Positions 34,596 to 46,667 of a DNA stretch of 64,000 nucleotides are shown here, piece by piece (positions within the stretch are counted from its first letter, which is position 1; each line of letters opens with the position of its first letter). The notes beneath the pieces are model-generated. The model was given only the letters and a program-made list of their open reading frames with translations, ran no database searches and had not been told where the DNA came from. A program made the position numbers and the translations under genes. The DNA is from Pseudogymnoascus verrucosus (Eukaryota): NCBI GenBank assembly GCA_001662655.1, contig KV460220.1; one strand, written 5' to 3'.

Positions 34596-37500
34596 CTACC
34601 TTTTGTCCTTATTACCCGCCCTTCCCTGGGCAGCCTCGCCCGAATCTTTTTCCTTCCGACTCTCGCCTTGCACTATATTACTCGCCCCTCTACCCCCTCC
34701 TCCTCCACCACCACCTCTACCCCTCTTCCCCCTCCCTCTAGAACTGCCGCCTTTCTTCGGCGTAGATTGCGCAGGTTCGCTCCTCGCCGTCTCTTCCTCC
34801 TGCGCCCTGCGGCTCTCCTTATCCCACCACTCCTGAAACGCCTGCTCCTCTTGAATTTCCTGCAGACTCCTCTTCGCAACCGCTTCTTTGACCAGGTCTT
34901 GTTCCCGCTTCTGTTGGCCGATGATATCATTCATGGACAACTGCAGCGTTGGTTCTGCGCGCGGACTACCAAGGGCAGGAAATAACTCTCGGTTGGTGAC
35001 CAGAGGCGAGGATTTCATCATTTGCGGCTTTGCAGGTCCGCGACTTTGTGACTTGTAGCTCTGTGGTGACACATCCGACTTGCCACGTTGGCCCGAAAAC
35101 CGTGTATCCGGAGAAGCTGCACGTGGGCGCGGGCTTGGTGTTGGAACCTTGAGACTAGATGCCCCAGATGGAGAGGTACCCGAGTCTCCACCGACAATGT
35201 CACTCAGGTTGATTCGAGGTCCTGCAGCCGCTACCTGCCATGGCCCAGAAGGCTTCTCATTAAGGTTGGGCTTCTTGCTCAATTGTTCTTGTTCAAACGC
35301 TGCTTGCTGCTGTTGCTTCTTGCGCTCTTTTTGAGAGAGCTTGGGGGCTGCGGCTCTTGATGCTGCCTCGTCTTTCTCTCTCTGGGCAGATATGCCCAAG
35401 GACAACGAGGATGTCTGGTTTGAGGACGCTTGAGACATGATCTCACGCATGTTCAGTTTTGTTGACGGCAAGCCCGGAGAAACCCATGTCTTAGGATTGA
35501 CGCCTGGAGATCCCCTGGGAGGAGTTGCCGGTTCGTCAGGCGAATTTAGTATTGAAGAGTCGCGCACAAATATCGACTTCTTGCCCTTGTTCTTGAAGGC
35601 GGGAGGTGGGAGCGCTGTGTTCGAGCCGCCTAGTGGAGTGGATGTTGATCCAAGGGGTTGTAGAGACGGAGATGAAGGGTTAAGTGGCGAAGATTCATCA
35701 TCCTCCATATCAAACATAAGATCGGCGATCGAGTCCTTGGGTCGAATACATGGGCTGGTAGCTGCTGTATGATGAGGTGTGTTCTGTCGCTTTGGGGTCA
35801 CACTTGAAGATGGCGGCGAAGAAGCACCATCAAATCCAAAGCCGCCAAGTCGGGTCTTGAACGAACTTGACAATCTTCCCTCTTCGTCTCTGAGGGAGGT
35901 TCTAAAAGCCATATCTCGTAGCTTTCGCTGTCTGTCCTCGTCCAGCTCGCCCACCAGGCTGGGATGACGCTCATGCAGGAGCAATTCTGCTCGACCGCTT
36001 TTTGCAAATGGCAAACATGCCAACTGGTTTTCTCGCACGTCCTCGTTTAATTCAGCAAGTAGATCATCGTCAAGATCATTTAGTAACCTAATGGACATTA
36101 GTATTTCTCATATATGCAGATTGTGAAAACATACTGGTTGTCAAGCATAGTCTCTAGCTGCAGGCAGACATATTCGAGGCCAGCTTCTTTGAACTCCCGA
36201 ACAGCGCAGGGCGCAACATCATTCAACAAATTGCATATATTCCTAGTGTTCACTAGTATTGTTAGCTGAATATCCGTCTAGAGGGTTGCATGATCTGCTT
36301 ACCGAATCGGCCGAGGATTTGTTGGCAGGCTTGGGAGAGTCGATCGAGCATCAGCTCGTTCGCTACACTCATGACATCCATCACAAGGTCGCAAAACTCA
36401 TCCACATCTTGCACAACAATGTCGTCAAACAACTCCGTGCCAGCGTCCGTGTAAACATGCCTCAACACAATATCGAAGGTCGACGGCTCAATATGCGTCA
36501 GATCAACTCGAACAGGCTCCGAATCCTCTTTGCGGCCAGCAAGCCACTGTCCCCCAGCACGGCCACCAAACAGGCCCTCAAAGAAAGGGCATCGTTGACG
36601 CCAAAAGACACTGTGGACAGTTACCTCGTCGCCATCCAGCTCAATAACCGCATCGCCATCGGTGAAGAAAGTGGGGTCGTTCAGAGCAAAAGCGAAGTCT
36701 ACGTTCATCCGACGTAGCGGCGCGGCCATTCTCCGCACCCCGACTTCCAGCCCGTTCATCTCGAGTTTTGTAGCCACATGCATAATTTCGTTTCGTATTT
36801 GGCGGTATCGGTTCCCGCGGTCAGGTACATTGCGCGAAAAATGCCAGACGTCAAGCACCTTGTCGGTATACAAGTATAACGCCAAGTTGAATATGGTGAT
36901 GAAGTCGAGGTCCTCAAATTCGATGTTTAACAAGCCATCCGAAGCACGGATTGTCATCACTTCGGGAATAATAAACTCTCCCGTCTCCTTAGCCCTTCTG
37001 AAGGCATCTCGAATCAAAGGGCTGCGTGCCGCGAACATAAAGCTGTGAATGGGAATTTTGGTATCGGCAGCCGAGCTTGAAATTTCAGCATCGTAGCCTT
37101 CTTGGCCAATACTGCCCTTGGCGATGTGGCGCGCGACGTCTGCTTCAAAATCTGCGCTGAGAAGAACAGCTTGTCTAAGAGGGTCGAGGTGGTCTATCGA
37201 CACTGTAGGAGGCCATGGATACCTGACTCTTTTACCCGGTGGTGCGGTGGTCGTGAAAGATAACTCTTCGCCGACACAGAATAGCGGAGCAATATCGTCC
37301 CACAGGGTCTTCTCATCAATTGATATCTGCGTCATGACGTCGCAATCCTTCCGAATAGCCGCATACCCCCCAAAGATATTACTTCGTACCGCAGCAACAT
37401 TCGTAAGGCCAGGCACGCGTTGAAATTTGTAGTCCTTATTCTTGGTATACGACGAAAATGCCTCTTTCACTTTCGTCCTCTTGACGCGGCGCCAAACAGC

Positions 37501-39372
37501 ACCAGCTTGCGTGCAGAGGATAACAGAGCCATCCTCTCCAACACCAACTGACTTGATACCATCCCAGTTGCCTTTACGTAACGACCAGATCTTTTGAGGC
37601 TGTGACAGTGAACTTCGGATTTTGGCTGGATTCGTCGTCGATGATGCCGAAGAAGTGCTAGAATCGATGTTGTGGCTGACAGTCATTGTAAACAGATCTC
37701 CTCGGCTAGAAACAGCAGCTATAGTGTCACCGCCTGCAGTTACCAACGAAATATGGCTAGGCTCCGCCTCGTATCGCGTAGTAAGAGTACGAGATTTGAG
37801 ATGATAGTTGCTGAATCCTCCGTAGAGGGGAAATTTGACAATATTATATCCGTAGTTGGTAAAGACGCACACAGTGTGATTGGCTAGCAAGCATATTGTG
37901 GCCCGATTGATTGCTGATACCATCTGAATGTTAGATGTAAAGAGTGACGCAGCGACCTTTCGCGGGATTGGTTGAACTTCCAGAGATCGTGAGTCGGAGT
38001 CCATTAAGCCAAGCTGTCCCTCGTTTTTGCCCCATGTGTACAGGGAGGTGGACGTATGGGCCACAGAATGGATAGCAGATGCTGCAACACCAATGACAAA
38101 CTCCTTCTTCAAAGGCCCGAATATCTGCCGTGGAGTATTGTTGATAGGCTCCTCATCATTTGGCGGTCGTGGCAGCGTATATCCAAGAGTTCCGCAGGTA
38201 TTAGTTCCCCAGCTTACAACCCCTCCGTCCGAGGTAACCGCTAAGCTGTGATTCTGCCCCAGGGCCACCGCGGACACCTTCTTTTCTTCCAATGCCCCTC
38301 CTTCTACGCAAACATAGTTAAAGCTTGTGATATCATGACCGAGACCTAATCGACCACCCGGCCCAAAACCGCACATGTAGAGATTAGAATACGGATCAGT
38401 CGTAAGGATGGCGCTGTGGAGTTTTGACAAAATTGCATCTTGGATTATTATCGGCCTGTTTCTAATCAGGGTAGGGAGGTCCTCGATTCGCTTGGGTCCG
38501 GGGCCTTTCTTGGGGTGGTCGTCCTCGTTCTGACATTCAAGAACCTCTCGATAGAATCGCCAAATTAAGTGGTCTGGCCGCTTCAGAGTTATTTTTTCCG
38601 GGTGCTGCCTGTCGTCTTCATCGCCAAACCCAAGGGTCAAGTTCTTATTGCTGCCAAATGCATAAAATTCGTCGCCATCGATGGAGTCGTATCCTCGAGA
38701 CTCAGTATCCGCTACTTCAGCAAAATCTGAGTCTGAGTCATCCGATTCGTCAACTTTGACAGAAACCTCGATAGGGTGTAACGTGCGCCGAGCAATCGTG
38801 GAGTTATACACGTCAAATGCGCTGTTGCCTTCGTAGTCTTTGATTCGGACAAGGGGTGTGCCCTTGGTGGTTGTGGTCCCTGGACCCTGAAAGTATGTGT
38901 CTGTCGAATCCTTATTGAGAATAGCTCTGGCGATGGAAACATTGCCAAAGTAGAGCGCGCGGTGCAACGCAGTCCAACCATTCTCCTTATCTTGTACGTA
39001 TAAATCGATCAATGGATGTTCAATGAAGGCGAGTGCTATATCCAGAGACTCCGCAGTGTGGGACGAAACTGCTCTGTGGAGGATGGTCAGACCCTGGCTG
39101 TCGCGACTGTTGATATCGGCCTTCGTGAGACCACTTGTCGGGTTTTTGGCGCCGGCACTGCCCATGTGTCCCAATGATTTCTTTGACTTGACATTCCTAG
39201 GAGAGGCGGCGCCGTGAGCTGCGCCGGGACTGCTGGCAATCGCGCCCAAGCTACCGCCATGGCCGAACGGGGCGCCTTGGCCTTTGCTTGTCAGTTGAGC
39301 TCCATTGCCTAGCAGATTCCGACACCTGTCGACATCGTCTTCTAGGTAAGCCCTCCAAAGCAGGTTACTCAT
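34596..39372 (-). CDS. btb1: Ankyrin + RCC1 repeats + BTB/POZ protein (Btb1/IBTK-like)
   Basis: Ankyrin 'ENGWTALHRALYFGN'; RCC1 'GFGPGGRLGLG' and 'WGKNEGQLG'; BTB 'VHSVFWRQRCPFF'; C-terminal 'SLQEIQEEQAFQEWW'. Introns 36253-36302 and 36088-36134. Confidence 0.9.
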
Positions 39373-39752
39373 GTGTTAGGCGTTGTTGTGGGGGAGTTGT
39401 GCCGAGTCTGGTCGCCTCGCTGTGGCTCTGGGTAGACACGGCGTTTTTAAAGGCGACGAGAATCGGAAGAGGTTTCGGAGAGATTGATCAGGATTCGGAC
39501 TATGGCGTGTGAATATTATCGAAATTTGTGGCTACAGTGTATTTTGGTATCGGGAGTAGATGTGTATTGTGTCGATGGTGATTTTGTTCCGGTTATAGTA
39601 GAGTTGAGGCCGTTGCCTCCATGAAAGGATCGATATGTATGGGATGGAGGGGTGGTTCGCGAACCTCGATGACTCCAGATATTTGATGAGATATGGCCAA
39701 TCAGAAGCTCTATATCTGGTCCGTGCCTGAGGGAGATGCGATCGAAAGATAA

Positions 39753-39788
39753 GTCACGTGGTGTGGATTGTTAATTGTGTCACGTGAC
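39753..39788. promoter_or_regulatory. Two E-box (GTCACGTG) bHLH-type sites in the divergent btb1/GH76 intergenic region
   Basis: GTCACGTG at 39753-39760 and palindrome GTCACGTGAC at 39779-39788. Confidence 0.4.
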
Positions 39789-40664
39789 TATTTACTGAAG
39801 CGCCGCTAGAAGTATTTTTGGTGGAGATTGAAAGGAAGATCGATGGTGGATGCGACAACGGGGATAGACCCGAATCATGCGCTAGTAGTGTGTGTGTACC
39901 TTAAATAACTCTGCGGCAAGAAGTTAACCCTTCTAGTATTTGTTACTGTCTGTACTGTAATGTTAGTTTGCCATTTTATCATTTTATACGAGTCGAGATC
40001 TATATTTACTTTTATTTATTTATTGACAAAAGACGTGAGTGTGCCTGCTGATGAGTAATTTCCTTGGCCAGAATTGGGTGATTTGTTGGTGATTTTATTA
40101 GTGAAACCGTTTACGAGGTTGCCGGGGTACAATGCCGTACTTTTATGTACTTTTATCATGGCTGTGCAGCAAATCTCTGGTCTCATACGCGTCCCCTACC
40201 CACTTTTGAGCCAATTAACGGCTTTCTCATCCCCCAAAACGACGGTTAGTTTGAGCACCACGCGTACCCCAGAAACCCCCCTGTCCGTCAACTCTCAACC
40301 CTCCTGATCTACTAGCCCCATCTCAGCTATCTCTCCCTTGTCTCCCAAGACATAAGAAGCTTTTTGTCACGACTCCGCTCTTTTCTTGGCGCCCTTCCTC
40401 TCATAACCCTTTGAGATATCTTCTACACTGTGTGTATTCATATCTTCCATTCGTTTTGTACCCCACGACCTCATATTGTCGATTTATCGAGCTTGCCGAT
40501 CTATACCCTCGGGTGCAAGCTGTCTGCGCGATATACCTCAGTCAGAAACTCAACCCGTTTGAACGCGCGTGCCTGTCCTCGTATTCTGACTCCAACAACA
40601 ACGACGACGCTCCCTGGGAGCTGACGACTAACTATTATTCTGAGCATTTTGAAAATCGTTCAGG

Positions 40665-42244
40665 ATGAAGACGGGCAGCTTCTTTGCTCTCGCCACGGCT
40701 GCTGCGGGCCTCTTTGGCCATGCGGTCGCTATTCAAGTTGACTTCACTTCGCCCGGTAGGTGCTGGCCACAGTCCACAGTTACCCAGGTTGAGACATCAG
40801 TCTAACATTGTTCTAGCTTCCGTGAAGAGCGCCGCATCCTCCATCGCATTCGATTTGATGAGCTACTATACAGGAAACCAAACTGGACAGTATAACATCC
40901 CGGGGCTCCTCGAACAGCCTCCCGCCGGATACTACTGGTGGCAGGCTGGTGCCATGTGGAACACTATGGTCGACTACTGGTATATAACAGGCGACACTTC
41001 CTACAACGAAGCCACAACACAAGCTCTGACCTTCCAGGTTGGCGATGATCAAGACTACATGCCAACCAACCAAACAAAGGCGCTGGGAAATGATGACCAA
41101 GGTAACATAAATATACCCTCTCACATGCACTTACTTACACTCTTCCAGGCATGTGGGGAATGGCCGCCATGACAGCCGCGGAATACAACTTCCCTAATCC
41201 TCCAAAGGGTCAGCCACAGTGGCTCGCTCTCGCCCAGGCCGTGTTCGCCACCCAAGCTTCGCGCTGGGACGATGCTCACTGTTCGGGTGGTCTGAAATGG
41301 CAGATTTTCCGCTTCAACGTCGGATACGACTACAAAAATGCCATTTCCAACGGCTGCTTCTTCAACATCGGTTCCAGACTTGCCAGGTACACTGGAAATG
41401 ATACATACGCAAACTGGGCCGAGAAGACCTGGGACTGGACTCAAAAGATCGGCCTCATTGATGCGCAGTACAATATATATGATGGCACTGATGATCTAAG
41501 CAACTGTACCACGATCAACCACGTCCAATATAGTTACAACGCCGGTGTCTGGATTCTCGGTGCTGCTCATATGTACAACATCGTACGTATACTCCATCCC
41601 CCTCCCCCCCCCGAAAACTCCACGCGCAACCACGCAACTAACTCCCCCCCTAGACCAAATCGGACGTCTGGAAAGCCCGCGTCCAAGGCCTCCTCGACCA
41701 ATCCATCAAAATCTTCAGCGACAACGCCACCGGCATCATCATCGAGCGCGACTGCGAGCTCACCGAGCCCGCATCCTGCAACACGGACCAGAAATCTTTC
41801 AAAGCCTACCTCACCCGCTGGATGGCCGCAACCTCCAAAGTTGCCCCTTTCACCGCTGACCAAATCTCCAAGTTCCTCCTCATCTCCGCCAAAGCCGCGG
41901 CAGCGCAGTGCACGGGTGGGGATAAAGGGAGAGCTTGTGGTTTGAGGTGGGTGCATGATGGGCAGATTGGTGTGTGGGACGGGACTACGGGGGTGGGCGA
42001 GGAGATGTCGGCGCTGGAGGTTATTCAGAGTACATTGATTGGGTCGACTGCTGGACCTCTCACTAATACTACTGGTGGGACGAGCCAGGGTAACTACAAC
42101 GCGGGGAGCAATGCTAAAACCGCGGCGTCGTTGCTTGATGACTGGACCCCGACGACTGGCGACAAAGCAGGCGCAGGGATTGTGACGGCTGTGATTCTCG
42201 CGGGGGTGATTGGAGGGGTGGCGTGGATGTCTATGGCGGATTGA
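40665..42244 (+). CDS. dcw1: GH76 mannan endo-1,6-alpha-mannosidase, GPI-anchored (Dcw1/Dfg5 family)
   Basis: Signal peptide [48 protein letters not shown]...YKNAISNG; C-terminal '[13 protein letters not shown]' plus hydrophobic tail; three GT-AG introns. Confidence 0.92.
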
Positions 42245-42823
42245 GGGGGGGGCTTTTGGAGTAGGTGTCGTGATGAGTCGGTCTTGTTAGATGGATTGGG
42301 ATTTCATGGTTCTGTGGCGCGCAGGAAGGGAATGGGTAGCGCGGGCAGGACGTGGGTATGGTATGTGGGTAAGGGACCACGGGTGCCTGGCGTTATCGTT
42401 GCGGTTCTATATCTGCTTTCTATGTTGTAGTATGTAAGTCCTATCAGATGGAAATATCTTTTTCTTTCTCGGGGGGTTTAAAGTGCACGTAAACTTACCT
42501 CTGTCTCTGCTTTTCGTTGGTAGGTAAGTGGGCTTTTACACGCAGCCCTCTTCTTCCTATATTAAATGACGTTAAACCGGTGAGTTATCATGTCTCTGAG
42601 ATTCAGCGAGTGGTCGGCATGTGAATTCATTGATAATGGACAAGATCTACAGTCATCTTGTGTAATTTAAAAGTTGAATACACTATGTTAATATAACATT
42701 GCAAATACTACTTATGGTTTACTATTGGTTTTATGGGCTCTTATAATATAATTAATTCTATAGACTATATAGCTATTACTGTAGAATTGCTTAAGGGGAG
42801 TTTATTAGCAACTAGATTATTTT

Positions 42824-43425
42824 TATAATCTAGATTGTGGTGTTCGAGCTTCGGGTTTAGCGCCCGCCCTAATCAGGCAACGCGCCCGCGGATGTGCCTG
42901 CCGCCGCTTTCAACTTCTAGAAATTTCGTTTTTATTAGGAACATATACTAGGAAATTATTAGAGGATTTAAATCCTACTAATATACCTTTATTAGCCACA
43001 CTGCATGGCACCGCCTAACGGGTCCCACTGCTCGGGCGGGGCCATGCAGTGTGGAGGGGGTGGCGGAGGAGCCAAACGTTGCACGACAAGAGAAAATAGG
43101 ATTAACAAGGCTCCTGTAGGATAGATGAGACTGCGTGTTTTCAGCTGCGGCGAGGCCGAGCAGGGGGACCCGTTAGGCGGGGCCATGTAGTGTAGAGGGG
43201 TGGCGGAGGAGCCAAACGTTGCACAACAAGCGCAGCAGGTGCGAGAATGTTAGGAGGCAGGAGCGACGGTGGAGAGGGACAGAATCGGAGGGAAGCGATT
43301 GGCCCTTACTATTTACTATGGGTGGTATATGGAAGTCGAAAGCGGCGGCAGGCACATCCGCGGGCGCGTTGCCTGATTAGGGCGGGCGCTAAACCCGAAG
43401 CTCGAACACCACAATCTAGATTATA
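42824..43425. mobile_element. ~600-bp non-autonomous TIR element (MITE/foldback-like)
   Basis: 94-bp terminal inverted repeats at 42824-42917 and 43332-43425 with one mismatch, both ends TATAATCTAGATTGTGG (TA could be the TSD). Internal direct and inverted sub-repeats; no ORF; AT/TpA-rich flank. Confidence 0.8.
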
Positions 43426-43897
43426 GTAATATGCAAGATTGTGGTGTCGGAGCTGCTGTTTTCGGCTGGCGTTGGTTGCTGCTTTACGCAGCCCCGAACA
43501 CCAAGTTTTCATCCTGTGCCGAGCTTGGTGATCGGCCACCGGATAATTATCGGAGTGAATGCGTCGTACCTGAACTCTAAAAACCAAAACCGTTGTCCTG
43601 CCTCCAACCTCTAGCTGGTTCTGTCTCAGATGTCCCCATTATACCCTTCCGGCACGGGCCGGAACGTAGGCTTTATAGTAAGGTTTAGTGTTGCATTTCA
43701 GTGCCTGGGGGTAAACATGTTTTCATAAAGATGGCATCAAGTCAGCGTCATTCGCAAAGTCACCCATTAAAGAAGCAGGTGATCACAATGAGGGATACCA
43801 TCATGTCTTAACAAGTATCTATTTGGCGTGACACCAATCCAGTTTCTCCTCAGGAACCAGTAACGCTCACACTCCACCCGCACTCCGCACCTCGTGC

Positions 43898-44398
43898 TCA
43901 GAACAGCGAACAATGTGCCATCTCTACGGACGTGCACGCATCGAACGCCCCCAAACAATAACTAGATGCACTGTGCGACTCCACACAAGTACCAACCGCC
44001 TTCGATTGATCCGTCACAAAGTAGATGTTCCACCAGTTGCCATTGTTGGGTTTGTAGATGAAGTTCGCCCACCCGTGGACCCACGGCTGCTGACTGGTAA
44101 ACTGGGTACCGGGCAGGGGGTTCCCGTCGACCGAACCGGCACCACATGTGTTGGATGCCTCATCAGGCGCGACGACATAGTAGTAGTATTCGGGCACCTG
44201 GCCACCAGAGCTGGGGATGACGAAGTTGGAGCGGCAGTTTTGTATCCATACACGGAAATAAGCGGTGCGGGGGAGGAGCTTGTGGGCCTCACTAACGTCG
44301 GTGTCGGCGATTGGTTGGGGTACTGCAGCAGCAGAGATGAGGGTCCCTACAGAGAGGGTGGCTATGAGAGCAGTGGGGAGGTTGAGATGGAGGCGCAT
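43898..44398 (-). CDS. Small secreted cysteine-containing protein (effector-like), 166 aa
   Basis: Signal peptide MRLHLNLPTALIATLSVGTLISAAAVP, short pro-region ending LLPR, mature part with 6 Cys; intronless. Confidence 0.8.
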   Translation of the reverse strand: MRLHLNLPTALIATLSVGTLISAAAVPQPIADTDVSEAHKLLPRTAYFRVWIQNCRSNFVIPSSGGQVPEYYYYVVAPDEASNTCGAGSVDGNPLPGTQFTSQQPWVHGWANFIYKPNNGNWWNIYFVTDQSKAVGTCVESHSASSYCLGAFDACTSVEMAHCSLF

Positions 44399-45203
44399 AT
44401 TGACTTGGTCTTTGTATCCAAGGGCTGTAGTATGTAGAGTATTTGTTGTTTGCGTGTTTTTATATCGTTCTTTGGGAGGAAAGACGCTGCCAGTTTGCAC
44501 TTGTCAGTTCTAGTGAGAATTTCATGTCCAAGGTGTAGCTATATGTATATACCTGCCCCCCGACTCCCAGCTACCCCTCTTTATGGGAACTCTAAGAATC
44601 AATATTATGCACGGTTAAGTGTAAGTGTAAATACATTTACCCAAGTTAAGACTAGGATTCTCATTTTATAGAGCAAATGGTATGTGGTGACTTACAAGGT
44701 TGTAGATTAGCACACTTGGGGTTTGCTGACCTAGCCCGACTAATAGCTTCCATTTCACGATATATCTCATGCTTACTTTTTACACTATTAGGTGGCGCTC
44801 TTGGCAAATTTCAGGGTCAACGGTAATTCCGCCCGCCGGAATCTCAACCCGTCCTCGTGGAAGGAATAGAATCGAATTAAAACGTAACGTCTTTTAAAGA
44901 TGCAATAGCGATAGATGAACACCAAATCTCAACTGCAATTGGCTGTGTCATAGTGCAAGGAAGTCAGTCTCAACGCAGATTGCACATGCCACGATTGCAA
45001 GCCACGGTCTCAAGACGCTTCAGATGTGTGCGGCAACGAAGAAGGGCATCAGAGGTGCCATCAGAACACAGCTCAGCTCAATCTCGTATCTTGACCGATC
45101 CGACAACTTCGTCGACGATACTCAAAGCGCTCGCTACCGTCGCAAAGAGCTCGGGGGCATGAATGGCGAGGTCTGCTAAGGGCGGGATTCGAGTTTGTAG
45201 TAC

Positions 45204-45359
45204 TACTATCCCCCCCTGTATGATTGTAACGATCCACTGTTTTTACAGCTTCACCGCACCCAAGTTAGGCGGAATAGCATCCAGCTTTAGTGAGCGATCC
45301 TGCCAAGCTCTGGCAATACTTTTGCGGGTCGTTACAATCATACAGGAGAGGGGATAGTA
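45204..45359. mobile_element. ~155-bp MITE with ~29-bp TIRs bounded by TA
   Basis: TACTATCCCCCCCTGTATGATTGTAACGA (45204-45232) is inverted at 45329-45359 with a 2-nt indel. Confidence 0.7.
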
Positions 45360-45376
45360 TGGGGTATTCATGTGCC

Positions 45377-45617
45377 ACTGTGGGTTTTCGGCTGTGGCGG
45401 GGCCATGCAGTGTGGATGGGATGGACAAATGAACCAAGCGTCGCATGATGAGCGCAGCAGGTGCGAGATTGTTGGGAAGGACGACAGAGAGTGAAAATCG
45501 GGGGGGGAGGAAGCTGCCCTTTTATACAGCTCGAAAGCGGCGGCAGACCCGTGCACACATGTTCCCTGATTAGGAGGGCACCAAACCCCGCATGTCGAAA
45601 ACCACGATCTAGATTAT
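45377..45617 (+). repeat. Diverged copy of the right half of the 42824-43425 element
   Basis: Collinear blocks GGCGGGGCCATGCAGTGTGGA, GCGCAGCAGGTGCGAGA, TCGAAAGCGGCGGCAG, CCTGATTAGG and ACCAC(G/A)ATCTAGATTAT match 43130-43424. Confidence 0.8.
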
Positions 45618-46667
45618 GGCATATAAAGTAGCTATAGTTTCGCTATACACCTAAAATGTTCCTAATAAGGCTATAACGAAGGCAGCGATAGAAATAGTAG
45701 GGTAGCAACGATGAGCAAGTAGTAAAACCCCTATTAATAGTAACTATTAGGTCTATAAATCTTTTGCCCAATTTCTATTTAATAGACTTATATATATTGC
45801 CTACTATTATATCATATGATAAAGTACCCTTACCTATTCCACCGGCCCTCCATAGCGCAGCCTACATATGATCTACAGACGAATCCCATATCCATGGTTG
45901 TCTTTGATCGAAGCACTGGACTCAACACCCCAAATCGCGGGGCTTTAGTACTGCAAGTCGAGCGAATCATGTTGCACCGCCCGCTAAGACAAGGCGGGAC
46001 CGGCCGCATTTCGCTAGTAAGTTTTAGGACAGCATAACGTCTTGCGTCTTAATATCATTTTGTTAGACATACAGTGCGTTCGATAGCTTCTTCCATTGGC
46101 CCTTCAGGCTTTTAATATTCACTTTGCAGCGCTGTAAGACTTATGGCAGATTACTGTGTCGCTGCCCGAGCCCGCAACAGTGCCAAGATGAGAACTGAGG
46201 TGGATAGTCATGAGGGACCGCATACAAAATTATATGGTATCTCCGGTGGCCGGGACTCCTCACTTTGGCCTAACGGAGCAGGAAGACCTCACAGTAAATG
46301 TAGTAAATAGATCAATTGAATCGCCACTATCTACGGGTCTACGTACGCTATTTGTAGGCCTCACGGGGAGCCCCGAAACCCTGACAAGCTGGAGGCCTCC
46401 GGAGCTCACCTGTGGCTGAACTTGGCGGCTGCATATAGGCGGCATCATCGGCCAACCTGGGCCAGCCGGTGAGCTGGACAATCAGGCGAGGAAGATCTGT
46501 CATTTGGGCGTAAAACACCGCCATATTTGGCGGGAAAGTCCGGCTCCCGGTCAACACTGTGAGACAAGTTGCCAAGCCAGCTGAAGTCGACTTCAGAGGC
46601 ATTTCTGATCAATTTTTTTTTGGGGGGGGACGATCATATCAATTTTTGGGCATTTTAAATCACTCAA

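Noticed and set aside
40048..40107. Hammerhead-ribozyme-like CTGATGAG...GAAAC
   Set aside because: The stem II closing pair and stems I/III could not be built convincingly.
42824..45617. Helitron or LTR interpretation of the repeats
   Set aside because: CTAG is followed by A rather than T, the ends are long inverted repeats, and there are no TG...CA direct repeats or Rep/helicase/RT coding remnants.
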